A stretch of 64,000 bases of DNA from Candidatus Sumerlaeota bacterium. GTDB lineage: Bacteria > Sumerlaeota > Sumerlaeia > MWCT01 > JAUWMI01. The notes beneath the pieces are model-generated. The model searched no databases and was not told the origin of the DNA. It was given only the letters and a program-made list of their open reading frames with translations. Positions within the stretch are counted from its first letter, which is position 1; each line of letters starts with the position of its first letter. The translations under genes and the position numbers were made by a program. The stretch covers positions 2,114-66,113 of the forward strand of contig JAUWMI010000022.1 in NCBI GenBank assembly GCA_030613245.1. Direction: 5' to 3'. Shown here one piece after another: positions 17,015-26,668 of this stretch.

Positions 17015-17088
17015 GTGAGCGTGGCAGGAGTCGAACCTGCGACCAACGGCTTAAAAGGCCGCTGCTCTACCGACTGAGCTACACGCCC
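17015..17088 (-). tRNA. tRNA-Lys(TTT), CCA not fully encoded
   Basis: GGGCGTGTAGCTCAGTCGGTAGAGCAGCGGC-CTTTTAA-GCCGTTGGTCGCAGGTTCGACTCCTGCCACGCTCAC, then a T run. Confidence 0.95.
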
Positions 17089-17179
17089 AAACTTGCCCGC
17101 CTGCGGCGGACTTGTCCGCCTCAGGCGGAGTGGACTATTTCGTTTGTACATCCCCCCCTATCCCGTAAAACAGAAAGGA

Positions 17180-17209
17180 ATGATACGCAGCCCCTGTCTG
17201 GGTTGTCAA
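17180..17209 (-). promoter_or_regulatory. Putative sigma70 promoter of tRNA-Lys
   Basis: TTGACA-N18-TATCAT. Confidence 0.55.
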
Positions 17210-17506
17210 ATCTTTTTCAAGGCGCAACTATTCTTCTGCTCCTTAGGTTGGAAGCGTTCTTGGTGACAATTAAAAATGGCGAAAATTTTCCGCAACTATT
17301 CGTCATTTGTTTTTTCTTCTTTTTGCCATTCTTCTTTTGCGCTGCAACGAGTTTTTTCACACAGATTGAGCAACGGGGATGCCTTTTCTCGGCCACTGGT
17401 TCTGTCTTTTAATGTGGTGCCTGAGCTGAGTGCGCTAAAAGATTGGTTCTTGGAATTTCATGGTGGGGGGGGTAATAGTATTTATTTGGTGATCACGTTA
17501 TCAGTT

Positions 17507-17573
17507 GTAGAGGCGGGGTTACCCCGCCCTGGGGCGAGGTTTATCCGCCTCAGGAGGGAGACCTCGCCCCTAC
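17507..17573. repeat. GTAG REP doublet
   Basis: GTAGAGGCGGGGTTACCCCGCCCT + GGGGCGAGGT..ACCTCGCCCCTAC with nested TCCGCCTCAGG (also near 17115-17129). Confidence 0.7.
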
Positions 17574-17778
17574 AAAGTCATGTCGCAAACCCTATATGCA
17601 TTCTTAAATAGTGCCTAAAGGCCGACAGTTTTACTGACAGATGGTCCACTACAGATTGCGAAGAGCTAAAAGATTCACGTTGACAAATTACACGAGTCTC
17701 TCCATTTTCTGCTATGTGGAGTTTTGCAAAACCCTTCCTGGACATTGATCATAAGGTAATTTCAAGGAGGTTGTTGTC

Positions 17779-19503
17779 ATGAGCTGTATGTATCATGATG
17801 GTGTAAGGCTGTACTGGCGGAGCGTATGGGCACTGCTGTTTGTTTTTATGACCTTCCTCGGCGTCGCTCGCGCGGCTGACTCTCCCTGGCTGTACGGGAT
17901 TTACTGGTATGGCGATACAGGAGCCAGCGACGTTGAGGATATGTCCGAAGGAAAGCCGATCTACGTGCTGGACCAAGTGCTCCCATACGGCAAGCACATG
18001 GACGATCCGGCTACGGAGTATGTCGAGGAGCAGGCATGGTGGCGTGCGGCGAATCTCTACAACTACGTTGCTGCCAAAGGGCACACCTTAATTGTTCGTC
18101 TGCAACCGAGCTGGGATCGCAGCATCCCGCGCCCTGGAGATCCGTACACAACCACAACCTTTGCACAGGATTGCAAAGATTCCGCTGAGCTGTTGAAAAA
18201 CTACGTGCATATCTGGCATCTTGGCAATGAGATCAACGTGTACGAGGAGGCAAGTAACTACGTGTACGCCCCGGCGTATTACGCAGAAGCGTATAAGCTC
18301 GTGCACGAGAAGATACACGAAGTTACAAGCCCACTCGGGCCGCAGCTGCTCTTGTTGTGCCCGATGTCTCCAGGCATTGCAGAGGGCATAAGGCATACGG
18401 ACGCCTGGGAGTGCCTGTACGAACTGCTGCAGCACCTGACGCCAGAGGAAGTTGATGGATTCACCCTGAATTCTTATGCTGCACCATCGAGTGATGTGTC
18501 TGCTGCGCTCGAGGGATTTGTAAATGGCTATCGCGAGCAGCTGATGGTGATCGATGGGGAGGGTTTTGGCGCCAAGCCGGTCTACATCACCGAGTGGAAC
18601 AAACAGATTCCTATTGCAGGAGGCGAGTCTGTAGCCGCGCAATTTCTCTACCAGGCTTTCGCCAGGATGCACCAGTGGAACCAGACGCCTGGAAATCACA
18701 ATATTATCGCTGCCTGCTGGTTCGTTTATCCGACGAATCCGCAGTGGAATAATTACTCCCTCCTCTACTATAAGACCCCAACTGGCACGCCTGATACAGA
18801 CGTGTGGAAGGCTTATGAATACGCAACCACGCAGAATTATCCGGCTGGTCAGGTGGGAGGCGGTGCCGCACCTCTGGCAAACGCGCTTTACTGGGAAGAT
18901 GAATTTGACGGTAGCAGTCTGGATACCGCTGAGCCGATGCCTGACTGGACAGTTACAACCGGAAGCGGTGGCAGTGTTACCGTGGAAGATGGGCAGCTCG
19001 TACTGAAAGGTAACGGTTTAACCGGGGCATATAGCGGTATTGTGACTGCAGGGTACGTGTACAAGGATTTCACGCTTCTTGCGCGAGTAGAATTCACTGA
19101 TCCGACTTCTCTTCATCCGACTCTGGCACAGGCAAATACGGAAGTGCGTTTTCGTGAGGGCTCGCGCGGTTATTCGCTGACTCTGGATGCGCAGCAGGAC
19201 AAGATCTCCCTGCGCCGCGTAAATGCGTGGACTACCATTCTTGAGCAGCCGGTAAGTATTGCACAGGGTGATCAGTTTGACATTCGCGTGCACGCAGAAG
19301 AGGCGCAACTTGCTATCAGTGTGACCCGCACAGCCACGGGCGAGCAGGTAGTTGACTGGTCTATCGCCAATAATCAATACCACTGGGGATGGATTCGTCT
19401 GAATGCTTATACGATTCAGGAGGTGCGTTACGATTACGTTCGCGTTGGAGGGCCGAATTACCTGGGCCCGTCCCTGACGCGCGGGTGGCACTTGTATTAT
19501 TAG
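17779..19503 (+). CDS. Secreted clan GH-A-like glycoside hydrolase + beta-sandwich domain
   Basis: Signal peptide (VARA/AD), WHLGNEIN and VYITEWN catalytic-Glu motifs, beta-rich C-terminal domain, terminal TRGWHLYY. Confidence 0.65.
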   Translation: MSCMYHDGVRLYWRSVWALLFVFMTFLGVARAADSPWLYGIYWYGDTGASDVEDMSEGKPIYVLDQVLPYGKHMDDPATEYVEEQAWWRAANLYNYVAAKGHTLIVRLQPSWDRSIPRPGDPYTTTTFAQDCKDSAELLKNYVHIWHLGNEINVYEEASNYVYAPAYYAEAYKLVHEKIHEVTSPLGPQLLLLCPMSPGIAEGIRHTDAWECLYELLQHLTPEEVDGFTLNSYAAPSSDVSAALEGFVNGYREQLMVIDGEGFGAKPVYITEWNKQIPIAGGESVAAQFLYQAFARMHQWNQTPGNHNIIAACWFVYPTNPQWNNYSLLYYKTPTGTPDTDVWKAYEYATTQNYPAGQVGGGAAPLANALYWEDEFDGSSLDTAEPMPDWTVTTGSGGSVTVEDGQLVLKGNGLTGAYSGIVTAGYVYKDFTLLARVEFTDPTSLHPTLAQANTEVRFREGSRGYSLTLDAQQDKISLRRVNAWTTILEQPVSIAQGDQFDIRVHAEEAQLAISVTRTATGEQVVDWSIANNQYHWGWIRLNAYTIQEVRYDYVRVGGPNYLGPSLTRGWHLYY

Positions 19504-19572
19504 GCCACGTGGCCGGCGCATCTGTTTCCTCTCCTGTATTTAAACTACAGACTGTTCTTCTTGGCATACCTC

Positions 19573-20397
19573 ATGTATGATTACGTCACACAGGGCATAT
19601 ACATTGCCGTAGTCTTTTGCGTCCTAATCATTGCAGTTATCAACTACTATCAACACCATCGCTACACGCGTCGCGCTCGCCGATTGGGAACTGTAATTTA
19701 TGTTGCTCTGTTTGCAGCGGCTTGCGGTGTATGGGCACTAGGACTTCTCTCCGCCCTCCCCATGAAGATCCTCCGGGTGTCGTTTCTGAATATTTCTTTT
19801 CATGTTATTCTTGTCCTCTATCTTGTTCCCGCGGGTCTGTATTGGGCCTGGCGCAATAGGGTACGGGGAATGCCGCTGGTGCGCGCATGCGCTCGGAGGA
19901 AGCGAGGGCAGCCCTTGCCCACACCGCAGCGTGCCTACCCGTGGAAATGGGTGCTTCTGGCTGGCGTTCTGGTTAACCTTTACACGTATGGCATTTTTGC
20001 GCTGTTTAGGCCGGGCGTGACAGAAAACTTCAGATTATCATTTCTCAAGCCTGAGTTTGATACCCTTTCCTTTCTCATCCTGGTTTTAATTATAAGTACA
20101 GCGGCTCCATTCTACGAAGAGGTGATTTTCCGTCTGGCTTTTCAGAATCTCGTTGCCATCTTTCTGCGCAAGCGTGGCATTTCGACCTCCTGGGCCATTG
20201 TGCTGAGTGCAGGTGTTTGGACATTGGGCCACACCGGGCTGGTAGTGCCTGTTGGTGTGAAGGAATTGCAGATATTTGGCGTGGGTCTTGTACTGGGCAA
20301 GGTAATGGAAAAGGCAGGATTAGAAGGATGTATAGCGGTTCACCTGATGCTAAATCTTTGCGCCATATTATACGCACCGACAGTCGTTAGCCTTTAG
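19573..20397 (+). CDS. CPBP (Abi/type II CAAX) intramembrane metalloprotease
   Basis: Multi-TM; EEVIFR, WTLGH, HLMLN motifs. Confidence 0.85.
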   Translation: MYDYVTQGIYIAVVFCVLIIAVINYYQHHRYTRRARRLGTVIYVALFAAACGVWALGLLSALPMKILRVSFLNISFHVILVLYLVPAGLYWAWRNRVRGMPLVRACARRKRGQPLPTPQRAYPWKWVLLAGVLVNLYTYGIFALFRPGVTENFRLSFLKPEFDTLSFLILVLIISTAAPFYEEVIFRLAFQNLVAIFLRKRGISTSWAIVLSAGVWTLGHTGLVVPVGVKELQIFGVGLVLGKVMEKAGLEGCIAVHLMLNLCAILYAPTVVSL

Positions 20398-20467
20398 ATC
20401 TGGCAATTGCGTAAATCAACTAGAACACTACTATAGCCTCCCTCCCAACCCCATTCCTATATTGATT

Positions 20468-20495
20468 GCAGGGGCGTTCAATTGAACGCCCCTAC
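20468..20495. repeat. REP palindrome
   Basis: GCAGGGGCGTTCAATTGAACGCCCCTAC; near-identical to 26573-26599. Confidence 0.75.
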
Positions 20496-20633
20496 TTTTG
20501 AGGATCGAAAATGGCCATGCCAGGTGCTTTATTACTGTAACTATTTCACATTCAGCGAGCGTGAAATTGGGGAGTTTGAGAGTTTCGGCGGGAACGAGAA
20601 GGGCACCTATGAATCACTTCACCCGGAGTAGAT

Positions 20634-22067
20634 TCAAGGAGTGAAGTTAAAATTTAGCGTGATGACCTGACCTGCGGGGACGTATGAGGTTTTGGTTATC
20701 GGTGAATGGCCATATGCGTTTACTGTGACTGTGTAATTGGCCGGCGTGAGGCGAGTGAACCCGTAGAATCCAGTGCCATCGGCGGCGAGGGATTTCTGGA
20801 CAGGCCCGGTAAGAGTCACCAGAGCGCCATCCACTGGTACGCTACCATTGCTCACAGTGCCGCAGAGAATCCCCTCGGTCGGTGCAGAGAGCCATGGTGC
20901 GGAGGGCACAGCAGCCGGGCTAGAGAAGATCTGATTCTTCACCGCCTGGAAGAAATCGTCTTGAGGCTGGCCATCTTTATTCGTTGTGGCGTAGCTGAAA
21001 ATAATCGTGCCGTCAACACTTGGATGATTTTGGGCAACGCTTAACTGAGTGATAGAATCAGGAATGGAATGGAGATAGGCAGCCTGGCCGATCAGGCAAT
21101 GGTGGCCATACTTGGCACTGGCCGCAAAGTCCATCCAGAGGCGGTAGTCCGCTGCCTGATCCGTATCATATTCGCGCTTGTAGTTCATGAGGCAATTCAT
21201 ATCCAGAATGCCTTCCTCCATCCACCCACGCCAATCCTGATAAACCCGCACATAGGGACTTGACTGGGTGAAATCGCCTGGATACGTACCCCATTGAATT
21301 GTTGCTGCCGACACTTTGACATGCGGCTTGATAGCCTTGATGCGGATGTAGGTCTTACGAACCAGGGCGGTCACCTGGTTTCGCCGAAACTGGCACCAAT
21401 CGGAATCGTCTGATGATGGAGTGCCGCTACGACCATACAGCGAGTTAAATCGGTTGACGCTGATCGAATTGTAGCCCCAATCCCGGTCAGGGTAGCGGAT
21501 GTAGTCATAGTGAATCCCATCCACGTCGTATTTCTTCACTACTTCCACTGCAACGTTTACCGTGTAGTCAATTACGTCAGGAACCCCAGGGTCCAGGAAC
21601 CTGCTGGAGTAGTGGAACGTGCTGCCGCTCGAGTTTCGGCACACCCATTCGGGGTGTAGGGAGAGGATGTGGGCCGGTGGAATCGTCGTAGAGATAGCAA
21701 CCCGGTAGGCAACTAGCCAGGCGTGGACTTCAATGTACGGCTTACCATTGGAGGTATCATGAGCTTGCGCGATCAGGTCAGCCAGGGAATCGTAGTCAGG
21801 CGGCGACACTTCGGGAGCTTTCGGCTCAATGTCAGAATCATGAAACGCCTCGGCGGTTTTTCGATTCTCAATGAAGATTGCATTATAATTGTAAGTTCGG
21901 GCGCGTTGTACGAGGAGGGCCGTCTCGGAGGCATTCATGAACCCGGCGTGAAATGCGTCAACCCACATGCCCCGGTACTCGGCCTGGGCATACGCAGTAT
22001 CTGCCACGAATACCGCGATGCTCGTGAGCATAAGTCCGAGAACACAACCCAAGTGAACTCTGGTCAT
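20634..22067 (-). CDS. GHL10/YddW(DigH)-like glycoside hydrolase with C-terminal carboxypeptidase-regulatory-like domain
   Basis: EYRGMWVD, IEVHAW, LDPGVPDV, DGIHYDYIRYP, YQDWRGW; start ATG 22067 after AGGAGA; signal peptide. Confidence 0.82.
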   Translation of the reverse strand: MTRVHLGCVLGLMLTSIAVFVADTAYAQAEYRGMWVDAFHAGFMNASETALLVQRARTYNYNAIFIENRKTAEAFHDSDIEPKAPEVSPPDYDSLADLIAQAHDTSNGKPYIEVHAWLVAYRVAISTTIPPAHILSLHPEWVCRNSSGSTFHYSSRFLDPGVPDVIDYTVNVAVEVVKKYDVDGIHYDYIRYPDRDWGYNSISVNRFNSLYGRSGTPSSDDSDWCQFRRNQVTALVRKTYIRIKAIKPHVKVSAATIQWGTYPGDFTQSSPYVRVYQDWRGWMEEGILDMNCLMNYKREYDTDQAADYRLWMDFAASAKYGHHCLIGQAAYLHSIPDSITQLSVAQNHPSVDGTIIFSYATTNKDGQPQDDFFQAVKNQIFSSPAAVPSAPWLSAPTEGILCGTVSNGSVPVDGALVTLTGPVQKSLAADGTGFYGFTRLTPANYTVTVNAYGHSPITKTSYVPAGQVITLNFNFTP

Positions 22068-22110
22068 TCTCCTAATCCAGCAGAAGAGATAACCCGAAAG
22101 GCACAGCCCG

Positions 22111-23208
22111 CTATGGAACAGTGTCAGGTGATGGCGTGAGAACCGGTAGCGAAGGAGAAGAGGCCTCAGCGGCGTCCCGCAGACGAATCGTTTCATTTAT
22201 GCGAAATCGGGCACTGGCTTCCAGCTGGGTCTGTGGATAGGTCGCTTCAATCTTCTGGAACCATTCGATCGCTTTATCGTATTCGCGATTCTGTTGGTAA
22301 ATCCCTCCGATTTCAAATAAGGCTTCGGGAACCCTTGAAGAATGCGGGAAATCATTAATGATACGATTGAGTTCCACGAGTGCCTTATCGGGTTCTGCGC
22401 GCAACAAGTAAGCTCGGCCCAGTTGATAGATCAGGTCCACCTTTGCTTCGGTCTCCAAGGTTTCATCAATCACGACTTTGAACTCTTTGATGCTCTGTTC
22501 ATACAGCTCCTCTGCTTTACTATCCTCGCCTTTCTTCTCCGTGAAAAAGGCAATACCATAAAGGAGCACTGGCCTGAGATTTGTATCGGGATGCCTATCC
22601 AAAAACTGTTCATACACGGAAATGGCTTCGTCATATTGCTCATTTTTGGAATAAGTGGCTGTGAGTCTCTCCATGGTTGCACTCAGGGCATCTTGATCGG
22701 TCTCATGCTCGAGGATGTACCGGTAGATGTCACGAGCCTTATCAAGCAGATCGCGAGATTCATATAACCCGGCAAGCCTTAGCTGCAGCGACCGATAGAA
22801 AGGCGAATCTTCTGGTATTTTGCTCATTGCGTTCAGCACAACGGTGGTGCCAGCGTCGTGCCTTCCTTCAATGACGTACGTCGTCAGGGAGTTCTCTAGT
22901 GCTTCCTGAGCTTTGGCATTGCTCAATCCGAGCTTTTCAATCACGACGTTAAGATGTTTCCGGCATTGCTCCAGGTCGCGACTCCAATAATAGCAGTCCG
23001 CCAGCAGCAAGTGCGCATCCAATGCCACTGGATCGTCAGGATAATCTCTAATAACCTTCTTGGCCTTGATGATCGCATCAAGTGGTTCTTGTTTCTCCAG
23101 CGCCAATTGGGCTTGGTACAGTTTGTCTTCAGGACTCTTCTTCGTACAGGAAATGAAGAAGGCGGCTAGGATGCTCACCACCAAAAGCAGGGCTGCGTAT
23201 CGGTTCAT
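22111..23208 (-). CDS. TPR-repeat lipoprotein
   Basis: Lipobox FISC; repeated TPRs (YDEAISVYEQFLDRHPDT, EALFEIGGIY). Confidence 0.8.
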   Translation of the reverse strand: MNRYAALLLVVSILAAFFISCTKKSPEDKLYQAQLALEKQEPLDAIIKAKKVIRDYPDDPVALDAHLLLADCYYWSRDLEQCRKHLNVVIEKLGLSNAKAQEALENSLTTYVIEGRHDAGTTVVLNAMSKIPEDSPFYRSLQLRLAGLYESRDLLDKARDIYRYILEHETDQDALSATMERLTATYSKNEQYDEAISVYEQFLDRHPDTNLRPVLLYGIAFFTEKKGEDSKAEELYEQSIKEFKVVIDETLETEAKVDLIYQLGRAYLLRAEPDKALVELNRIINDFPHSSRVPEALFEIGGIYQQNREYDKAIEWFQKIEATYPQTQLEASARFRINETIRLRDAAEASSPSLPVLTPSPDTVP

Positions 23209-23463
23209 TGCAGTCCATCTCCTTTGCTTGAGTTAATAATGCGAGTAAAATACGGGCTTTACTACCTATTTATTGCAAATATGTCAAAGAAAATATTGCC
23301 GTTTCACCTTATCGCTTCCTTTATAATCCCATGAATTGGATTTAAAAGCCATTAACCGCATATGAACGCGGATATAACAACAGGGTATATTTTTCAGAGA
23401 AAATGCGTATCACATACCGTATTGCGTTTCGAAAAAAAATATCACCTGGAATGCCTGATGGAT

Positions 23464-24918
23464 CTACTCCGATCTTCCTGGCGACTTCAGTGTTGTAGTG
23501 AGCAGAGCGATCCCTTCTATAAAGAGGGTTTTCAACTCGTAGAGGCTCTTCACGCCAAGCAGTCGCCGGATGATAAACCCTGGACGTAAGTGAAACGTGC
23601 GAATGGCCTTGTTACGCAGTTGCCAGAGCTTCTCCCGGGATAATTGTGGAGTCTCGTAAACAGGAAATGAAATGGAATTATCAAGCGTTGTTACATCCGA
23701 ACTGACCAGCCCATCATGTAAGGCCTTTTGGCGGAATTGTGTGCCCATGCGGGGCATGGCAACGTTAAAGGAGGCAAATTCGGGCTTCAGCTCAAGGGCA
23801 AGCCTGATGGTGGCGTTTATATTCTCCTCTGTGTCGCCAGGTAAACCAAGGATAAAATGAGCGAGGATGCGAATGCCTAACTTCTTGCACATTGCCACAG
23901 TGTGCTCAACCTGCTCGCGGGTAAAGGGCTTTGAGTATTGGCCTAATAGCTTCTCGTCCGCAGTTTCAATGCCGAGTTGAAGTGTATGACATCCGGCGAG
24001 CTTCATCAGGGTCAATAATTCCTCATCCAGGACATTAACGCGCGACAGGCAAACCCAGGTGAATCGCAGCCGTTCGTCAAGCATCCGATTCAGGAGACGC
24101 CGCGTGCGTTCCTTGTTTGCGCCGAACGTAAGATCTTTGAACCAGAGCTCTTTAATTCCAAGCGATTTAAGATAATACATCTCTTCTATCACATTATCAA
24201 TGTTGCGGAACTTAAACCCCAGCTCGCCGCCAATGCAGTAGTCGCATCGGAACGGACATCCGTAGTCGGTCAGAATACCTGCATAAGGAATCCTGCGGCC
24301 GTGCGGAATGCGATAGCGCTCGTACGGAAACAGATCGTAGCGCGGTGGTGGCAGTGAAAATTCTCCGCGCGGAAACTCCCGGGTTCCCGGCACAATAGCG
24401 CCTGAGTGCGCCCGATAGCTGAGCGCCGCAAACGGCCGCTCCTCGCCGTTGAGAAAATCAACTACCTCAGAAGACGTGAAGTCGAGTATCACTGCGTGCA
24501 AATACGGATGTTCCTCCAGAAACTTCTTATCCTCGGCGAAAAGGATATCACCATTACCAATAAACGTGTAGCGATTTGGATGCGTCTGGGTGAGCTGACG
24601 CAGGAGGTCAAAATCCTCCACCCAGGAGACTGCACCCGTCAGAAACACAATGATTTCGCATCCTGAAGCCTCAATCTGCTTCAGTGTTTCCTGCGGTGTG
24701 AGGCGGTCGGCAATCGCATCAATAACGCAAAGATCAAAGTGCGGATTTAGAATGCCGCTGAGTACAATGAGATCATAAGGTCCCCAGTAGTAGTGTGCCT
24801 TTGAGGTGTGACTGCAATAGTAGTCGCGCATATAAATGTTTTTACCCGGCGGGTTCAGCAGCAAAATTTTTAGCCGTGCGTTCGACATCATTTGCAGTAT
24901 GTTTCCATTGAAATACAC
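23464..24918 (-). CDS. B12-binding radical SAM protein
   Basis: LLLNPP N-terminal domain; YGCPFRCDYC; LGIETA; HFILGLPGDT; start may be 24891. Confidence 0.85.
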   Translation of the reverse strand: MYFNGNILQMMSNARLKILLLNPPGKNIYMRDYYCSHTSKAHYYWGPYDLIVLSGILNPHFDLCVIDAIADRLTPQETLKQIEASGCEIIVFLTGAVSWVEDFDLLRQLTQTHPNRYTFIGNGDILFAEDKKFLEEHPYLHAVILDFTSSEVVDFLNGEERPFAALSYRAHSGAIVPGTREFPRGEFSLPPPRYDLFPYERYRIPHGRRIPYAGILTDYGCPFRCDYCIGGELGFKFRNIDNVIEEMYYLKSLGIKELWFKDLTFGANKERTRRLLNRMLDERLRFTWVCLSRVNVLDEELLTLMKLAGCHTLQLGIETADEKLLGQYSKPFTREQVEHTVAMCKKLGIRILAHFILGLPGDTEENINATIRLALELKPEFASFNVAMPRMGTQFRQKALHDGLVSSDVTTLDNSISFPVYETPQLSREKLWQLRNKAIRTFHLRPGFIIRRLLGVKSLYELKTLFIEGIALLTTTLKSPGRSE

Positions 24919-24945
24919 ATTGCGCCTTGGCCGTAAGGCACAAGG

Positions 24946-26367
24946 CTATTGATTCTGGATGAGGTCTTTCAATTGAATCAGACCATATTTCACGTAGTTA
25001 TACAGCATTCTTGGCGATCGGGCCCGTAGGATTGTCTTCCATATCACCTTTGGCCTGAGATAGAATCGGCGCATTGCAATGCGTCGCCACCTGCGCAGCT
25101 CCTCCAGACTCATGGTGAGGGTCGCCATGGCTGGCTGCGAATATGCCGCCGTTGGGATCTCGCCTGGTCGGAGCAAACCTTCTTTTACGGCCATCTCGTA
25201 TAGTTCAGTCCCCGGGAATGGATACACATAGAATATTTCGAGAAAATCCGGGTCGAGCTGCTTTGCGAATGTGATATCCTCCTGAAGTATGTCCGGAGTA
25301 TCCCAGGGCAGGCCGAATAGCAAATAGATGCTCGACAGAATGCCGGCTTCGCGCGTCAGTTGCATTGCGCGGTACGCGTCTTCCAGTGTGGCGCGCTTGT
25401 TCATCTTTTCCAGGATCTCTCGGTTGCCCGTTTCCACACCATAAGCGATCAACCAGCAGTGAGCCTTTTTCATCCACGCCAGCATTTCCTCGTCAATGGT
25501 ATCCACCCGGCTGTTACAGACCCATTCGATATCGAGCCCTCTGTTCAGAATCTCCTGACAGAGTTCAATAACCCAGGCTTTGTCGGTCGTAAAGAGGTCC
25601 GAGCGAAAGAGAAAGTTACGAATGTGGTAACGCTCAAGGCATTCCTCCATCTCGGCGACGATATTTCCTACCGAGCGAATGCGATTTTTCCGTCCTGCAA
25701 CCTGCGTGGCCAGACAGAAAATGCAATCATAGGGACACCCGCGATTTGTGATAATCGTGGTTTGTGGCTCGCCAGTGTCAGGGCGAACATAGAGTTCGTT
25801 CCGCGCCAGATGACGCGATGGAAATGGTAAGGTATCCAGGTCGTCAATAAAGGGTCGCGGCGGGTTCCGTACGATCTCTCCCCTGCTATTGCGGTACGTA
25901 AGCCCCAGGATTTCCTCCCTGGGTTTTCCTCCACCGAGTTCTCGGCACGTTTCTTCATATTCGCCGCGAAGTACTATGTCGAGCACAGGATGCTGGTCAA
26001 GCGTGGAAACGTCGAGCGCATTAAAGTGCGCGCCCTTGGCAATAGTCACAATGTTCGTGTTAACCTGTTTGGCGACTTCAGCGGCGCGAAGGTCCTGCTC
26101 TAGCGACGGCGTGGTAATGCTCAGCACAAGAAAATCCGGCGCATAAGATTTGAGCTCAGCCTCCAGCTCGCTCCACCCAAACTGCTCGCCCGGATAATCC
26201 ACAATCCGACACTCGCATCCTGCGTGTTCGAATTCGGCGGCTGCATACATGAGGTCAATGGGAGGACGAAGGGAAACGGTCTTGAGATCTTCGATTGGGG
26301 TCTGGCAGCGATCCTCGCGGATGTACAATCCCGTAGGTGGGACTATTAGCAGCACCTTAGGTGTCAT
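24946..26367 (-). CDS. B12-binding radical SAM protein (HpnJ-like)
   Basis: IREDRCQ, PPIDLMY, KGAH, RGEYEE, RGCPYDCIFC, YGVETG, PFPGTELY. Confidence 0.87.
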   Translation of the reverse strand: MTPKVLLIVPPTGLYIREDRCQTPIEDLKTVSLRPPIDLMYAAAEFEHAGCECRIVDYPGEQFGWSELEAELKSYAPDFLVLSITTPSLEQDLRAAEVAKQVNTNIVTIAKGAHFNALDVSTLDQHPVLDIVLRGEYEETCRELGGGKPREEILGLTYRNSRGEIVRNPPRPFIDDLDTLPFPSRHLARNELYVRPDTGEPQTTIITNRGCPYDCIFCLATQVAGRKNRIRSVGNIVAEMEECLERYHIRNFLFRSDLFTTDKAWVIELCQEILNRGLDIEWVCNSRVDTIDEEMLAWMKKAHCWLIAYGVETGNREILEKMNKRATLEDAYRAMQLTREAGILSSIYLLFGLPWDTPDILQEDITFAKQLDPDFLEIFYVYPFPGTELYEMAVKEGLLRPGEIPTAAYSQPAMATLTMSLEELRRWRRIAMRRFYLRPKVIWKTILRARSPRMLYNYVKYGLIQLKDLIQNQ

Positions 26368-26539
26368 AGGTGTACTTCAAAAGTTCTCTAAAATCATACG
26401 TTTCATTCCAGATATATTATCGGAGCGTATTGAACCATTGGGGTACAGTCAAGCGTTTATTCACCAAGGAGCGTTGCGTAATGGCTGCTTCTTGCTCGTG
26501 AGCAGTCGGAGCAAAAACAGGAGTATGTTTCGTCTCATA

Positions 26540-26660
26540 GAATTATGATTCTTGGGATTCCATTCATCAATTGTAGGGGCGTTTAATTAAACGCCCCTAA
26601 AAGGCCAAAAATTTTGCCCCCAAATAGTCCGCTACAGATTCCGAAGAACCAGAATTATTC
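26540..26660. repeat. MITE-like element containing a REP
   Basis: Imperfect terminal IR (AATTATGATTCTTGGGATTC / GATTCCGAAGAACCAGAATT) around GTAGGGGCGTTTAATTAAACGCCCCTA. Confidence 0.5.
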
Positions 26661-26668
26661 CGGGTTTA

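Larger units (their letters stand above)
11527..17054. mobile_element. Tandem genomic islands integrated in tRNA-Lys (about 2.1 kb + 3.4 kb), no intact integrase, integron-like cargo
   Basis: Three copies of the tRNA 3' half; mixed composition (AT-rich 11.6-14.1 kb, GC-rich 15.3-16.4 kb); all genes on the minus strand; attC/attI-like sites. Confidence 0.88.

Noticed and set aside
11525-17088. Three 40-bp repeats as a CRISPR array
   Set aside because: They are tRNA 3' halves spaced by kilobases; there are no spacer-length intervals and no cas genes.
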